DNA from: Acidimicrobiales bacterium
Lineage (GTDB): Bacteria > Actinomycetota > Acidimicrobiia > Acidimicrobiales > MedAcidi-G1
Assembly (NCBI GenBank): GCA_022451505.1
Contig: JAKURX010000002.1
Span: 1-56,899, forward strand
DNA: 56,899 nt
Reading direction: 5' to 3'
How positions within the stretch are numbered: position 1 is the stretch's first letter; every line of letters starts with the position of its first letter. The translations under genes and the position numbers were made by a program. The notes beneath the pieces are model-generated. The model ran no database searches, was not told the origin of the DNA, and saw nothing but the letters and a program-made list of their open reading frames with translations. Below, piece by piece: positions 48,469 to 56,899 of the stretch.

Positions 48469-48627
48469 GGCGGCGACGGTACCCGGCCCGGTCCGGCACG
48501 ACGGTGCCGGTCCACGGGGTACGTCGTTGCGCCACCACCAGCCCGTTCGTACGATCTGCCGACCGGGCTATCGGATCCGCCGACGCCCGGTGGCCGCAAC
48601 TGGAGATCCGGGAGGGTACGACACGCC

Positions 48628-50154
48628 ATGACCGCTACCCGGCGACGCCGAAGAGACCGCAGCGCTCGGTCCCGGTCACGGGCATCGGACGTCGTCCAGA
48701 AGCTCGAACGGCGGATCCCCTACTACGACCTGCTCGAGGAGGACGGTCTCGACCTGATCCAGGAGCACGCCGACCGGATCCTGGCCGAGGTCGGGATCGA
48801 GGTGTGGGGCGACGAGGTCACCATCGAACTGTTCCGCGACGCCGGGGCCACCGTTGACGGGCCGCGGCTCCGCTTCGACCCCGGCCTCGTGACCGACATC
48901 GTTACCCGCAGCGCCCCTAGTGAGTTTGTCCAGCACTCCCGGGACCCCGAGCGGTCGGTGACCATCGGGGGTAAACACACCGTGTTCGCCCCCGGGTACG
49001 GCATGCCGTTCGTCCGGGACCTGGACCGGGGGCGCCGCTACGGCACCATGGCCGACCTTGAGGACCTAGTAAAGATCAACCACACCCTGGAGTGGACACA
49101 GCACTCGGGCCTGGTGATCTGCGAACCGACTGACGTCGCGGTCAACAAGCGCCACCTGGACATGCTGGCGCTCCACTTCCAGCACTCCTCCAAGCCGCTT
49201 CTGGGGGCCATCACCGCACCCGAGCGGGCGTTGGACTCCATCGAGATGGCCCGCATCGTTTTCGGCGCCGACCGCCTCGACGACCACTGCGTGATCATGG
49301 CCAACATCAATGTGAACTCGCCGCTGGTGTACGACGGTGCGGTCACCGAGGTGATCCGGCACTACGCGGCGGCCGGCCAGGGCATGGTCATCTGCCCGTT
49401 CATCCTGGGCGGGGCTATGGGGCCGGTGACCCCGGCCGGCGCAGTGGCCCAGGCCCACGCCGAGGCCATGGTGGGGATGGCCCTCACCCAGCTGGTCCGT
49501 CCCGGCGCGCCGGCCATCTACGGGAACTTCCTGACCACCATGTCACTGAGGTCTGGCGCCCCGACGTTCGGCACCCCTGAGGCCGGGCTGGCCTACTTCG
49601 CTGTCGGCCAGTTGGCGCGACGCCTGGGCGTACCTGTGCGCTGTGGCGGCTCTTTCACCTCATCCAAGCTGCCCGACGCCCAGGCCGCCCAAGAGAGCGC
49701 CGCCTCGCTGTACACGGCGATGATGGCCGGAGCGAACTTCGTGCTGCACGCCGCAGGCTGGCTGGAGGGTGGCCTGGTAATGGACTACGAGAAGTTGGTG
49801 CTCGACAACGACAGGCTGGGAATGACCCACCACCTGCTCCGCGGCATGGCCCTGGATGACAACGCCTTCGCCATGGGCGGCTTCCACGAGGTGGGGCCGG
49901 GCAGCCACTTCCTCGGATCGGCCCACACCCTGGCTAACTACGAGACCGCCTACTACGAGGCCACCTTTGGCGACTCGGCCTCGTGGGAGCAGTGGAGCGA
50001 GGAGGGCGAGCTGGATGCTCGACAGCGGGCCAACGCCGACTGGAAGGCCCGCCTAGCCAACCACGAGTCGCCACCCCTGCCGGCCGGTGTGGGCGAGGCC
50101 CTGACCGAGTTCGTGGAACGTAGGAAGGCGTCAATGGACGACGCCTGGTACTAG
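48628..50154 (+). CDS. MttB-superfamily (trimethylamine methyltransferase family) protein, non-pyrrolysine type
   Basis: C-terminal 508 codons of ORF 47821..50154, start reset to ATG 48628 with GGAGGG upstream. The 269-codon track extension is antisense to kynU. It has an Arg-rich N-terminus, then YYDLLEEDGLDLIQEHADRILAEVGIEV, NVNSPLVYDG, CPFILGGAMGPVTPAGAVAQAHAEAM, GAPTFGTPEA, HAAGWLEGGL and VGPGSHFLG. The ORF is uninterrupted, with no internal TAG. Confidence 0.88.
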   Translation: MTATRRRRRDRSARSRSRASDVVQKLERRIPYYDLLEEDGLDLIQEHADRILAEVGIEVWGDEVTIELFRDAGATVDGPRLRFDPGLVTDIVTRSAPSEFVQHSRDPERSVTIGGKHTVFAPGYGMPFVRDLDRGRRYGTMADLEDLVKINHTLEWTQHSGLVICEPTDVAVNKRHLDMLALHFQHSSKPLLGAITAPERALDSIEMARIVFGADRLDDHCVIMANINVNSPLVYDGAVTEVIRHYAAAGQGMVICPFILGGAMGPVTPAGAVAQAHAEAMVGMALTQLVRPGAPAIYGNFLTTMSLRSGAPTFGTPEAGLAYFAVGQLARRLGVPVRCGGSFTSSKLPDAQAAQESAASLYTAMMAGANFVLHAAGWLEGGLVMDYEKLVLDNDRLGMTHHLLRGMALDDNAFAMGGFHEVGPGSHFLGSAHTLANYETAYYEATFGDSASWEQWSEEGELDARQRANADWKARLANHESPPLPAGVGEALTEFVERRKASMDDAWY

Positions 50155-50217
50155 GCCCACTTACCGGCAGGAACACGGACCAACCGGAACACCCGACTAC
50201 CAAAAGGCGAACAAGGA

Positions 50218-52662
50218 ATGAGGACGAGAGTCGATGCGGTGGTTATCGGTGGCGGCGTCACTGGTGTCAGTGTGCTGTACCACCTGGCCAAGATGGGCAT
50301 GGACAACTGCATGCTGGTCGAACGGGCCGAACTCACTGCCGGATCCACCTGGCACGCCGCTGGGGTCGTCCACACCGTCAACTCCGACCCCAACATCGCC
50401 TCCCTTCAGTCCTACACCCTGGCCCTGTATGCCGAGATCGAGGCGCTGTCCGGCGTCTCCTGTGGCACGCGCTGGCCGGGAGGCATCTACCTGGCCTCCA
50501 CACCCGAGCGCCTCGACTACCTGCGTCTGGAGCGGGCCAAGGCCCGATACATGGGCATGGATGCCGACTTCATCTCCATGGACGAGGTGAAGCGCCTCAA
50601 CCCGCTGATTAACACCGACGAGTACCTGGGCGCCCTGTTCGAACCGGCGGATGGGAGCGTCGACCCATCGGGCGTGACCAACGCCTACGCCAGGTCAGCC
50701 ATCCACCACGGTGCCGAGATCATCCGGAACAACCCGGTCCATGACCTGACGCAGCGACCCGACGGCTCATGGGACGTCCACACCGAGAAGGGGCTCATCA
50801 ACGCCGAGGTGGTCGTGAACGCCGGTGGCCTGTGGGCTCGGGAACTGGGCCGATTGGTCGGCGTCGAACTGCCCCTACTGCCCATGGAGCACCAGTACGT
50901 GATCACCGAGGAGCTCCAGGAAATCGTCGACCACGACGGCGAGCTGGCGGTAACCATTGACTACGAGGGTGGCGTCTACACCCGACAGGAGGGCAACGGT
51001 CTGCTGGTGGGAACCTATGAAAACGCCGGAAAACCCTGGTCCGTCGACACCACACCCCTGGACTTCGGGATGCGCCTGCTGACTCCCGACCTGGAGCGGT
51101 TCGCCGACCGGATCGAGGTTGCCCAGCAGCGAATGCCCGCCCTTGCCTCCGCCGGCATCGCCCGGGTCGTTAATGGCCCATTCACCTTCGCCCCGGACGG
51201 CAACCCACTCATCGGCCCGGTCCCCGGTATCGACAACTACTGGGTGGCCTGCGCGGTGATGGCCGGGCTCTGCCAGGCCGGCGGTGTCGGCCTGTGCCTG
51301 GCCCAGTGGATCATTGACGGCGAGCCGGAGATGGACGTGTACGCCATGGACGTCGGCCGGTTCGGAGGCTTCGCCACCAGGGATTACACCTTCCTGAAGT
51401 CCCAGGAGAACTACCGGCGACGCTTCATGCTCACCTACCCCAACGAGGAGCTGCCGGCGGCCCGGGAATGGCGGACTACGCCGTCGTACAACGCCCTGGA
51501 CGCCCAGGGAGCGGTGTGGGGCGCATCCTTCGGCTTGGAGCACGCCCTCTGGTTCTCCCCGGAGGGACCCGGACAGATCGAAATCCCCACCTTCCGCCGG
51601 TCCAACGCATTCGGACCAGTCGCTGAGGAGTGCCGGGCCGTGCGCACCGGTGTCGGCCTCCTGGAGATCGCCAACTTCGCCAAATACGAGGTCTCGGGTC
51701 CCGGAGCTGCTCGCTTCCTGGACGGCATCGTGGCCAACCACCTGCCGAAGGTCGGGCGCCTGACCCTCACCCCGGTCCTGACCCCGAAGGGTCGGCTGGC
51801 CGCCGACCTGACGGTGGGGCGCCTAGCCGAGGACCGGTTCGTGCTGTTCGGCTCGGGTGCCATGCCGGCCATCACCATGCGGCTGTTCCTGCAGCGCCTC
51901 CCTGACGAGGGGGTGGCGGTCGTCGACCGGAGCGAGGACCTGCTGGGCTGGTCCCTCTCCGGTCCGGATTCTCGGGACCTCCTGGGTCGGCTAACCGACG
52001 ACGACGTCTCCAGCCACGGCCTGCGGTTCCGAGACCTGCGGGAGATGACGGTGGGTGGGGTGCCGGTGGTGCTGGCCCGTCTGTCGTTTCCCGGGGAGGT
52101 GGGCTACGAGCTTTACTGCGCCGGGAAGCACCAGGAGACCCTGCGGCAGGCCATCGTGGTGGCCGGGGGGCCAGGAGGGGACGGCCGCCACCTGGACGTC
52201 ACTCCGTTCGGAGGCCGGGCCTTCATGTCCCTGCGCCTAGAGAAAGGTTTTGGTGTGTGGAACCTGGAGTACCGGCCTGACTTCACCCCGGCCGAGGCCG
52301 GCATGTCGCGGTTCGTGAAGGTGGATAAGCCGGCCGACTTCATCGGCCGGGAGGCGGCCAGGGATGAGTTGGAGCGGGGCCCGTCTCGCCGCCTGGTCAC
52401 CCTGGTCATCGACGCCGACGACGCCGACGCCATCCACGACGAGCCGGTATTCCACTCCGGCGAGTGCGTGGGGTTCCTTACCTCCGGCGGCTTCGCCCAC
52501 CACATCGGCTGCAGCGTCGGACTGGGCTACATCCCCGCCCATCTCGCCGACGGGTCCTCCGGCCTTGACGGCTTCGAAGTCGAGATCCTGGGACAAATGC
52601 GTCCAGCTCGCCTCCAGATGGAACCCTTGTACGATCCCGCCGGCGAGCGGATGCGCGGCTGA
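50218..52662 (+). CDS. Dimethylglycine/sarcosine dehydrogenase-type enzyme (FAD DAO domain fused to GcvT folate-binding aminomethyltransferase domain)
   Basis: 814 aa. Motifs are VVIGGGVTGVSVLYHL and the covalent-flavin His context GSTWHAAG. The C-terminal GcvT-like half carries ...YEVSGPGAARFLD... and ...GEVGYELY.... Confidence 0.88.
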   Translation: MRTRVDAVVIGGGVTGVSVLYHLAKMGMDNCMLVERAELTAGSTWHAAGVVHTVNSDPNIASLQSYTLALYAEIEALSGVSCGTRWPGGIYLASTPERLDYLRLERAKARYMGMDADFISMDEVKRLNPLINTDEYLGALFEPADGSVDPSGVTNAYARSAIHHGAEIIRNNPVHDLTQRPDGSWDVHTEKGLINAEVVVNAGGLWARELGRLVGVELPLLPMEHQYVITEELQEIVDHDGELAVTIDYEGGVYTRQEGNGLLVGTYENAGKPWSVDTTPLDFGMRLLTPDLERFADRIEVAQQRMPALASAGIARVVNGPFTFAPDGNPLIGPVPGIDNYWVACAVMAGLCQAGGVGLCLAQWIIDGEPEMDVYAMDVGRFGGFATRDYTFLKSQENYRRRFMLTYPNEELPAAREWRTTPSYNALDAQGAVWGASFGLEHALWFSPEGPGQIEIPTFRRSNAFGPVAEECRAVRTGVGLLEIANFAKYEVSGPGAARFLDGIVANHLPKVGRLTLTPVLTPKGRLAADLTVGRLAEDRFVLFGSGAMPAITMRLFLQRLPDEGVAVVDRSEDLLGWSLSGPDSRDLLGRLTDDDVSSHGLRFRDLREMTVGGVPVVLARLSFPGEVGYELYCAGKHQETLRQAIVVAGGPGGDGRHLDVTPFGGRAFMSLRLEKGFGVWNLEYRPDFTPAEAGMSRFVKVDKPADFIGREAARDELERGPSRRLVTLVIDADDADAIHDEPVFHSGECVGFLTSGGFAHHIGCSVGLGYIPAHLADGSSGLDGFEVEILGQMRPARLQMEPLYDPAGERMRG

Positions 52663-52774
52663 GCTGATCGGCCGCCCTCCTTCGGGCGTCCCTGGTGGAC
52701 GCTGATAATCCGAGTGACGAGACGTTCAGCCTGTGCGCCCGCGGCGTGCAGCCAGAGTGATCCGAGGAAGCATC

Positions 52775-54088
52775 ATGAGTGACAACGAACGCTACGACGC
52801 CATCATTATCGGCGCCGGCGTGATTGGCGGCGCCACCGCCTTCGAGTTGGCCAAGAAGGGCTGGAAGACCCTCAACGTCGACAAACTGCCAGCGTCCGGC
52901 TACGGGTCGACGAGCAACTCGTGCGCCATCGTGCGCGCCCACTACTCAACATTTGACGGCGTAGCCATGGCCTACGAAGGCTTCTCCTATTGGAAGGACT
53001 GGTCGAACTACCTGGACAGCGAGGACGAGCGCGGCCACGCCCTGTACATGCAGTGCGGAACCGTCCTGTTCATGCTCGAGGGCGGACACCACGAAAAGGT
53101 CCTGCCGCTGTTCGACGAGGTGGGCGTGCCCTACGAGATACTGGACAACGATCAGCTCCGGGAGCGCTACCCGTTCTACGAGCACGGCACCCACGGCGAA
53201 CCTTGCCGTCCTGAAGACGATCGCTTCTGGACCGAGCCGGAGGGAGAGTTGATCGGCGCCCTCTACACCCCGGACTCGGGTTATGTCAGCGACCCCCAGC
53301 TGGCCACCCACAACCTGCAGCGGGCCACCGAGGCCAAGGGTGGTGAGTTCCGCTTCAATACTGAGGTGGTCGAAGTTCGGCGGGCCGATAACCGGGTGAC
53401 CGGGATCACGCTGGCCGACGGTACCGAGGTCGACGCACCGGTAGTGGTCAACGTGGCCGGACCGCACTCGTTCGTCATCAACAAGATGGCCGGCGTGTAC
53501 GACTCCATGAACATCAAGACCAAGGCCCTGCGCCACGAGGTGCACCACGTCCCGGCGCCGACCAATCTGGACTTCGAAAAGGACGGCCTTCACTCGTCGG
53601 ACTCCGACCTGGCCATCTACGTCCGGCCCGAGTCGGGCAACAACATCCTTATCGGCTCCGAAGACCCAGCATGCGACGCGCAGGTCTGGGTGGACGACCC
53701 CGACGTCTTCGACGACGTGGTGACCGACGAGCAGTGGAACGCCCAGGTGCTGCGCCTGGCCCGCCGCATGCCCGACCTCGGTGTGCCGTCCGAGAAGAAG
53801 GGCATCGTCGACCTCTACGACGTGTCCGACGACTGGATCCCTATCTACGACCGGACCGACCTGGCCGGTTTCTACGTAGCCATCGGGTCGAGCGGTAATC
53901 AGTTCAAGAACGCCCCAGTGGCCGGCTACTGCATGGCCGAACTGATCGAGGCCGTCGAGGGGGGCCACGACCACGACGCCGACCCTGTGGTGGTCGCCGG
54001 TGTCTACACGGGCCTTGAGATGGATATGGGCTTCTACCGGCGTAACCGGGAGATCAACCCCAACAGTTCGTTCTCGGTCAACGGCTGA
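52775..54088 (+). CDS. FAD-dependent oxidoreductase (DAO family; sarcosine-oxidase-beta-like)
   Basis: ORF 52733..54088, start reset to ATG 52775 with GAGGAAG upstream. Contains YDAIIIGAGVIGGATAFELAKKG. 437 aa. Substrate is unknown. Confidence 0.75.
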   Translation: MSDNERYDAIIIGAGVIGGATAFELAKKGWKTLNVDKLPASGYGSTSNSCAIVRAHYSTFDGVAMAYEGFSYWKDWSNYLDSEDERGHALYMQCGTVLFMLEGGHHEKVLPLFDEVGVPYEILDNDQLRERYPFYEHGTHGEPCRPEDDRFWTEPEGELIGALYTPDSGYVSDPQLATHNLQRATEAKGGEFRFNTEVVEVRRADNRVTGITLADGTEVDAPVVVNVAGPHSFVINKMAGVYDSMNIKTKALRHEVHHVPAPTNLDFEKDGLHSSDSDLAIYVRPESGNNILIGSEDPACDAQVWVDDPDVFDDVVTDEQWNAQVLRLARRMPDLGVPSEKKGIVDLYDVSDDWIPIYDRTDLAGFYVAIGSSGNQFKNAPVAGYCMAELIEAVEGGHDHDADPVVVAGVYTGLEMDMGFYRRNREINPNSSFSVNG

Positions 54089-54179
54089 CCGAAGTCTTGA
54101 GTCTTACCTGAACCCGTTCGGGGGAGGATGCCGATCCGTTGGAAACACGGTGAGCGAACCCGAGAGATTACGTCGTTGG

Positions 54180-54851
54180 TCAGGATCCGTCCGTGGGATC
54201 CACCACTCGGAAGATGCGCCTCAACTCGTCGCGGGTGTAATCGGCACTGAGTGACTCTTCGTCTCCGGGTTCCTCAGCAAGGACCCGTGGTTCGGCGTCG
54301 TACTCGAGGCGTAAGGCTCGGCTGAGCGCCCCGTGCATTGCGTAGGTGCCGACTATGTAAGCCAACTCCAGGATCTCCTCGTCGGACAGGTGGTCCCGAA
54401 GGGCGTCGAACACGCCATCGGGGACCCGACCGTGTTGGATGGACAGGGCGTCGGTGAAGGCCAGGACGGCCCGCTCGGCGGCGTCGAAGCAATCGGCTGT
54501 CTCCCAAGACTCGATGGCAGCGATCTTCTCGTCGGGGATGCCGACGGTGCGACAGGACTTGCAGTGCTGGGAGTAGACGAACCGGCTACCCACACACCAG
54601 CCAACCCGGGCTTGGCCCAGTTCTCGGAGCTTCGGGTCGAGCAGGCGCCGGGAGCTCCGGTACAGGGCGAATCCCGCCACGGCATGGTCGAACACGTCGG
54701 GAACCAGGGCAAAGGTGGTCCACCAGTCACCCGGAGTACCCGTCGGGGTGCCGGGCTCGTCGACCGGGTCCCGGTCGCCGAACAGCAACTGGAAGATCGG
54801 CTCGGCTCCCGGATGGAGATCAGCCCTTCGAACCTGCCGCAACCGTGCCAT
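54180..54851 (-). CDS. Carboxymuconolactone decarboxylase (AhpD-like) family protein
   Basis: 223 aa. Contains ...LRELGQARVGWCVGSRFVYSQHCK... and ...EILELAYIVGTYAMHGALSRAL.... Family-level call. Confidence 0.7.
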   Translation of the reverse strand: MARLRQVRRADLHPGAEPIFQLLFGDRDPVDEPGTPTGTPGDWWTTFALVPDVFDHAVAGFALYRSSRRLLDPKLRELGQARVGWCVGSRFVYSQHCKSCRTVGIPDEKIAAIESWETADCFDAAERAVLAFTDALSIQHGRVPDGVFDALRDHLSDEEILELAYIVGTYAMHGALSRALRLEYDAEPRVLAEEPGDEESLSADYTRDELRRIFRVVDPTDGS

Positions 54852-54935
54852 AGCCGGATGGTAGGGCTAGCCCGTAGACCGGTCCTCAGCCGGGCGACCG
54901 CCTACCCAGACCGGTTTCCTGCAGTCCGGGTGGGG

Positions 54936-55514
54936 TCAACTAATGATAGGGCTCTCTGGCAAAGGCGGCCCGGTGTCAACCCCCGCAGGTGAGCCGACCA
55001 GCACTCGGGTTTTGAAGACCTTGTCGATGAGACGTTGGTTCTTGGAGTCCCACAGCGGCCACAGAATGTCGATGAGTTGGAGGGCGTTGCCGATGCCTTG
55101 GATCCCACCGACGATGCCTGGGACCAGCCAGCGACCCACGCCCTTGGCACCACCCGGAACCAGACCGGAATCTCCGTCGACCAGGTGAATGCCAAGGCGC
55201 CGCTTACCGGGTGTCAGGCCGGTGACGCCCTGGCGGTAGCCGAATAGCCACCCGCCCCAAATGAGCCATCCGAGGCCCAGAATCCCGCCGATCACGATTA
55301 ACAGGACCGCCGCGGCGTCAAACGAAAAGCCCTCCGGCACGCCTGGGCGGCCTTCGTCCCAGGCCACGACGAAGCCAGCGATGAAGATCGCTCCGGGCAC
55401 CACGGCAACGCCGAAGAAGATGAGGAGGTCGATGATGGCCGCCTTGCCCCTGGTCCACCACGAGGCAGCAACCTGGTCACCGAACCTTGAATCGGTCGAT
55501 CCAGGATCGCTCAC
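54936..55514 (-). CDS. RDD-family membrane protein
   Basis: C-terminal 192 codons of ORF 54936..56069, start reset to GTG 55514, overlapping the MFS stop as GTGA. Motifs are WWTRGKAAIIDLLIFF, GLTPGKRRLGIHLV and WDSKNQRLIDKVFKTRV. Confidence 0.75.
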   Translation of the reverse strand: MSDPGSTDSRFGDQVAASWWTRGKAAIIDLLIFFGVAVVPGAIFIAGFVVAWDEGRPGVPEGFSFDAAAVLLIVIGGILGLGWLIWGGWLFGYRQGVTGLTPGKRRLGIHLVDGDSGLVPGGAKGVGRWLVPGIVGGIQGIGNALQLIDILWPLWDSKNQRLIDKVFKTRVLVGSPAGVDTGPPLPESPIIS

Positions 55515-56752
55515 GCGTCGGAGTCTCGCACGAGGGCTATAGCAGTAACGGCCAGCGCGGCGGCCACCAGGTACGGGGCTTCCACACCAACGCGGTCGAA
55601 GAGCAGGCCAGCCAGCAGCGGTCCCAGGATCCGTCCCGACGCCCCCGCTCCCTGCTGCAACCCGAGAGCCGCCCCTCGACCCTCGATGGGCACCGTCTCC
55701 ACCGTGGCGTTGGACAACGTCGGCCCGAACACCCCTTGGCCCGCGACCAGCAGCACCAAGGCCACGGCCAGGCCGGGCCAGCCTCCCCCGGCCGCCAGCA
55801 CGACCATGCCGGCCGCCACCAGGGCCAGGGAGGTGCGCAGAGTCGGCCGGGTCCCCAGGCGGGCGTTGGCCGGGCCCACGATCCGGGCCTGCACGAACAC
55901 CATCATCAGGCCGATAGAGGCGAACAGCCCGTAGATCGTGGGATCCCCGACCTCCGGGAAGCGCCGCTCCACCAGCAGGGCGAACGTGGCCTCGAACCCG
56001 GCAAAACCCACCATGGCCACCATGGCCAGGCCGGCCAGGCGCCGTACGGCCGGTCCCGCCGAGCCCCACGAGGCCAGTCCCCCGGTCCGGGGCCCCGGAG
56101 CCCCGGTCGGAGCCGGACGCCCCGCCGGCAGGCGCACCAGAGCCACCAGGGCGTTGGCGGCGGCTAGGGCGGCGGCCACGAAAAACGGGAGCTCCCGACT
56201 ACCCAGGGCAGCGATCGATCCGATCAGCGGGCCGGCTACGAAGCCCACCCCAAAGGCGGCGGCCAACAGGCCCAGCAGTCGGGGCCGGTCCTCTGGCTTG
56301 GCCAGGTCGGCCACCGCAGCCTGGCCCACGGCGTACGACGACCCGGACGCCCCGTCCAGGACCCGGCCCAGAAACAGCACCCACAGGGCGCCGGCCAGAC
56401 CGGTGACCAGGCTGCCCAGCGAAGAGCCAACCAGCGCGGCGACCAGCACTGGCTTACGTCCCACCCGGTCCGAGAGGCGCCCCCATAGCGGGGCGGCCAC
56501 CATCTGGGCGGCCGAGAAAACGGCCAGCACCGCGGCGGCCACGGCCGGAGAGGCTCCAAACTCCTCGGCGTACAAGGGAAGGACGGGCAGCATGATCCCG
56601 AACCCCACCATGTCTAGGGCCACCGTGACCCACACCACACCGAAGCCTGGTGGGCGGGCGCGCCGACGATCCTCGGAGCCTTGTGGGTGGCGGGTCACGG
56701 CGGCGCAGGCTATCGGGGTGCCGGAAGTCCGCCGGTAGTCTCTGACGGTCAT
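55511..56752 (-). CDS. MFS transporter (Tet/TCR-like drug:H+ antiporter family)
   Basis: ORF 55511..56860. Motifs are LDMVGFGIMLPVLPLY and GRLSDRVGRKPVL (MFS motif A). Start is ATG 56752, sharing CATG with valS, or more likely an internal start such as GTG 56698. Confidence 0.8.
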   Translation of the reverse strand: MTVRDYRRTSGTPIACAAVTRHPQGSEDRRRARPPGFGVVWVTVALDMVGFGIMLPVLPLYAEEFGASPAVAAAVLAVFSAAQMVAAPLWGRLSDRVGRKPVLVAALVGSSLGSLVTGLAGALWVLFLGRVLDGASGSSYAVGQAAVADLAKPEDRPRLLGLLAAAFGVGFVAGPLIGSIAALGSRELPFFVAAALAAANALVALVRLPAGRPAPTGAPGPRTGGLASWGSAGPAVRRLAGLAMVAMVGFAGFEATFALLVERRFPEVGDPTIYGLFASIGLMMVFVQARIVGPANARLGTRPTLRTSLALVAAGMVVLAAGGGWPGLAVALVLLVAGQGVFGPTLSNATVETVPIEGRGAALGLQQGAGASGRILGPLLAGLLFDRVGVEAPYLVAAALAVTAIALVRDSDA

Positions 56753-56899
56753 GGACCACCCCAACGCAGCGGCCGCCGCGCCCGTTCCCACCATCCCCGA
56801 GCGGCCCGGCCTCGAGGACATCGAGGAGCGCTGGGACGCCGTCTGGGAGGAGCGGGGCACCTACCGTTTTGACCGGACCCGGGACCGCTCCGCGGTGTT
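56751..56899 (+). CDS. valS: Valine--tRNA ligase, N-terminal fragment (runs off the window)
   Basis: Not in the ORF track because there is no stop. Hand translation from ATG 56751 gives MDHPNAAAAAPVPTIPERPGLEDIEERWDAVWEERGTYRFDRTRDRSAV. The P-E-(K/R)-P-x-L-(D/E)-x-(I/L)-E-x-(K/R)-W...W-E-E-x-G-T-Y-R-F-D-R pattern is the actinobacterial ValS N-terminus as I remember it. Confidence 0.6.
   Translation, partial: MDHPNAAAAAPVPTIPERPGLEDIEERWDAVWEERGTYRFDRTRDRSAV

Noticed and set aside
52686-52702. Intrinsic terminator after the DMGDH-type gene (GCGTCC-ctggt-GGACGC). Similar short GC hairpins follow the permease (22630-22651) and ald (45709-45730).
   Set aside because: The stems are only 5-6 bp with no following U-tract, which is indistinguishable from chance in GC-rich DNA.

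Overview
Gene-dense, uniformly high-GC chromosomal segment with about 47 protein genes and short or overlapping intergenic spacing. The gene content points to an actinobacterial-type genome: F420/LLM-type oxidoreductases, MutAB-MeaB, a DtxR/IdeR-like regulator, an Lrp-Ald pair and a DExH helicase with a long C-terminal extension. That assignment is an inference. I found no rRNA, tRNA, CRISPR array, transposase, integrase, phage gene or compositional island. The only AT-rich patches are three short intergenic regulatory regions, near 700-730, 19800-19860 and 44400-44510. Most long extra ORFs in the six-frame track are antisense or out-of-frame artefacts of high GC, and many track starts are over-extended, so I re-set them by hand.

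Content in order:
- 2OG oxygenase (partial), class Ia ribonucleotide reductase nrdAB, and a Tat-exported PhoX/DUF839-like protein with a Thr-rich tandem repeat and a C-terminal anchor.
- mutA-mutB-meaB.
- A string of oxidoreductases and hydrolases, then FGE, dus and maf.
- A metal locus: orphan fetB, an Fe(III)-type ABC importer and a DtxR-family regulator.
- Lipid-type catabolic genes: thiolase, nitronate monooxygenase, SDR, acyl-CoA ligase and ABM.
- A tightly coupled tag-LLM-helicase operon and an aminotransferase/omega-amidase/polyprenyl synthase operon.
- An orphan form-II CoxL-like molybdoenzyme, ACAD, SRPBCC, LLM and two convergent amidohydrolases.
- lrp-ald, lhgO and kynureninase.
- An MttB-family methyltransferase with a DMGDH-type dehydrogenase and a DAO-type flavoenzyme.
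- CMD-family protein, RDD protein, MFS transporter and the start of valS.

This looks mostly like ordinary core metabolism. The best novelty candidates are:
1. The non-pyrrolysine MttB-family / dimethylglycine-dehydrogenase-type / FAD-oxidase cluster, which has no corrinoid protein in view.
2. An in-frame TAG near the end of an amidohydrolase, followed by 11 codons that still read like the family C-terminus.
3. The translationally coupled tag-LLM-DExH helicase operon.
4. The metal locus, with non-canonical DtxR ligands, TGTTAGG-containing candidate operators and an orphan FetB.

All family calls come from reading the translations. No database search was run.
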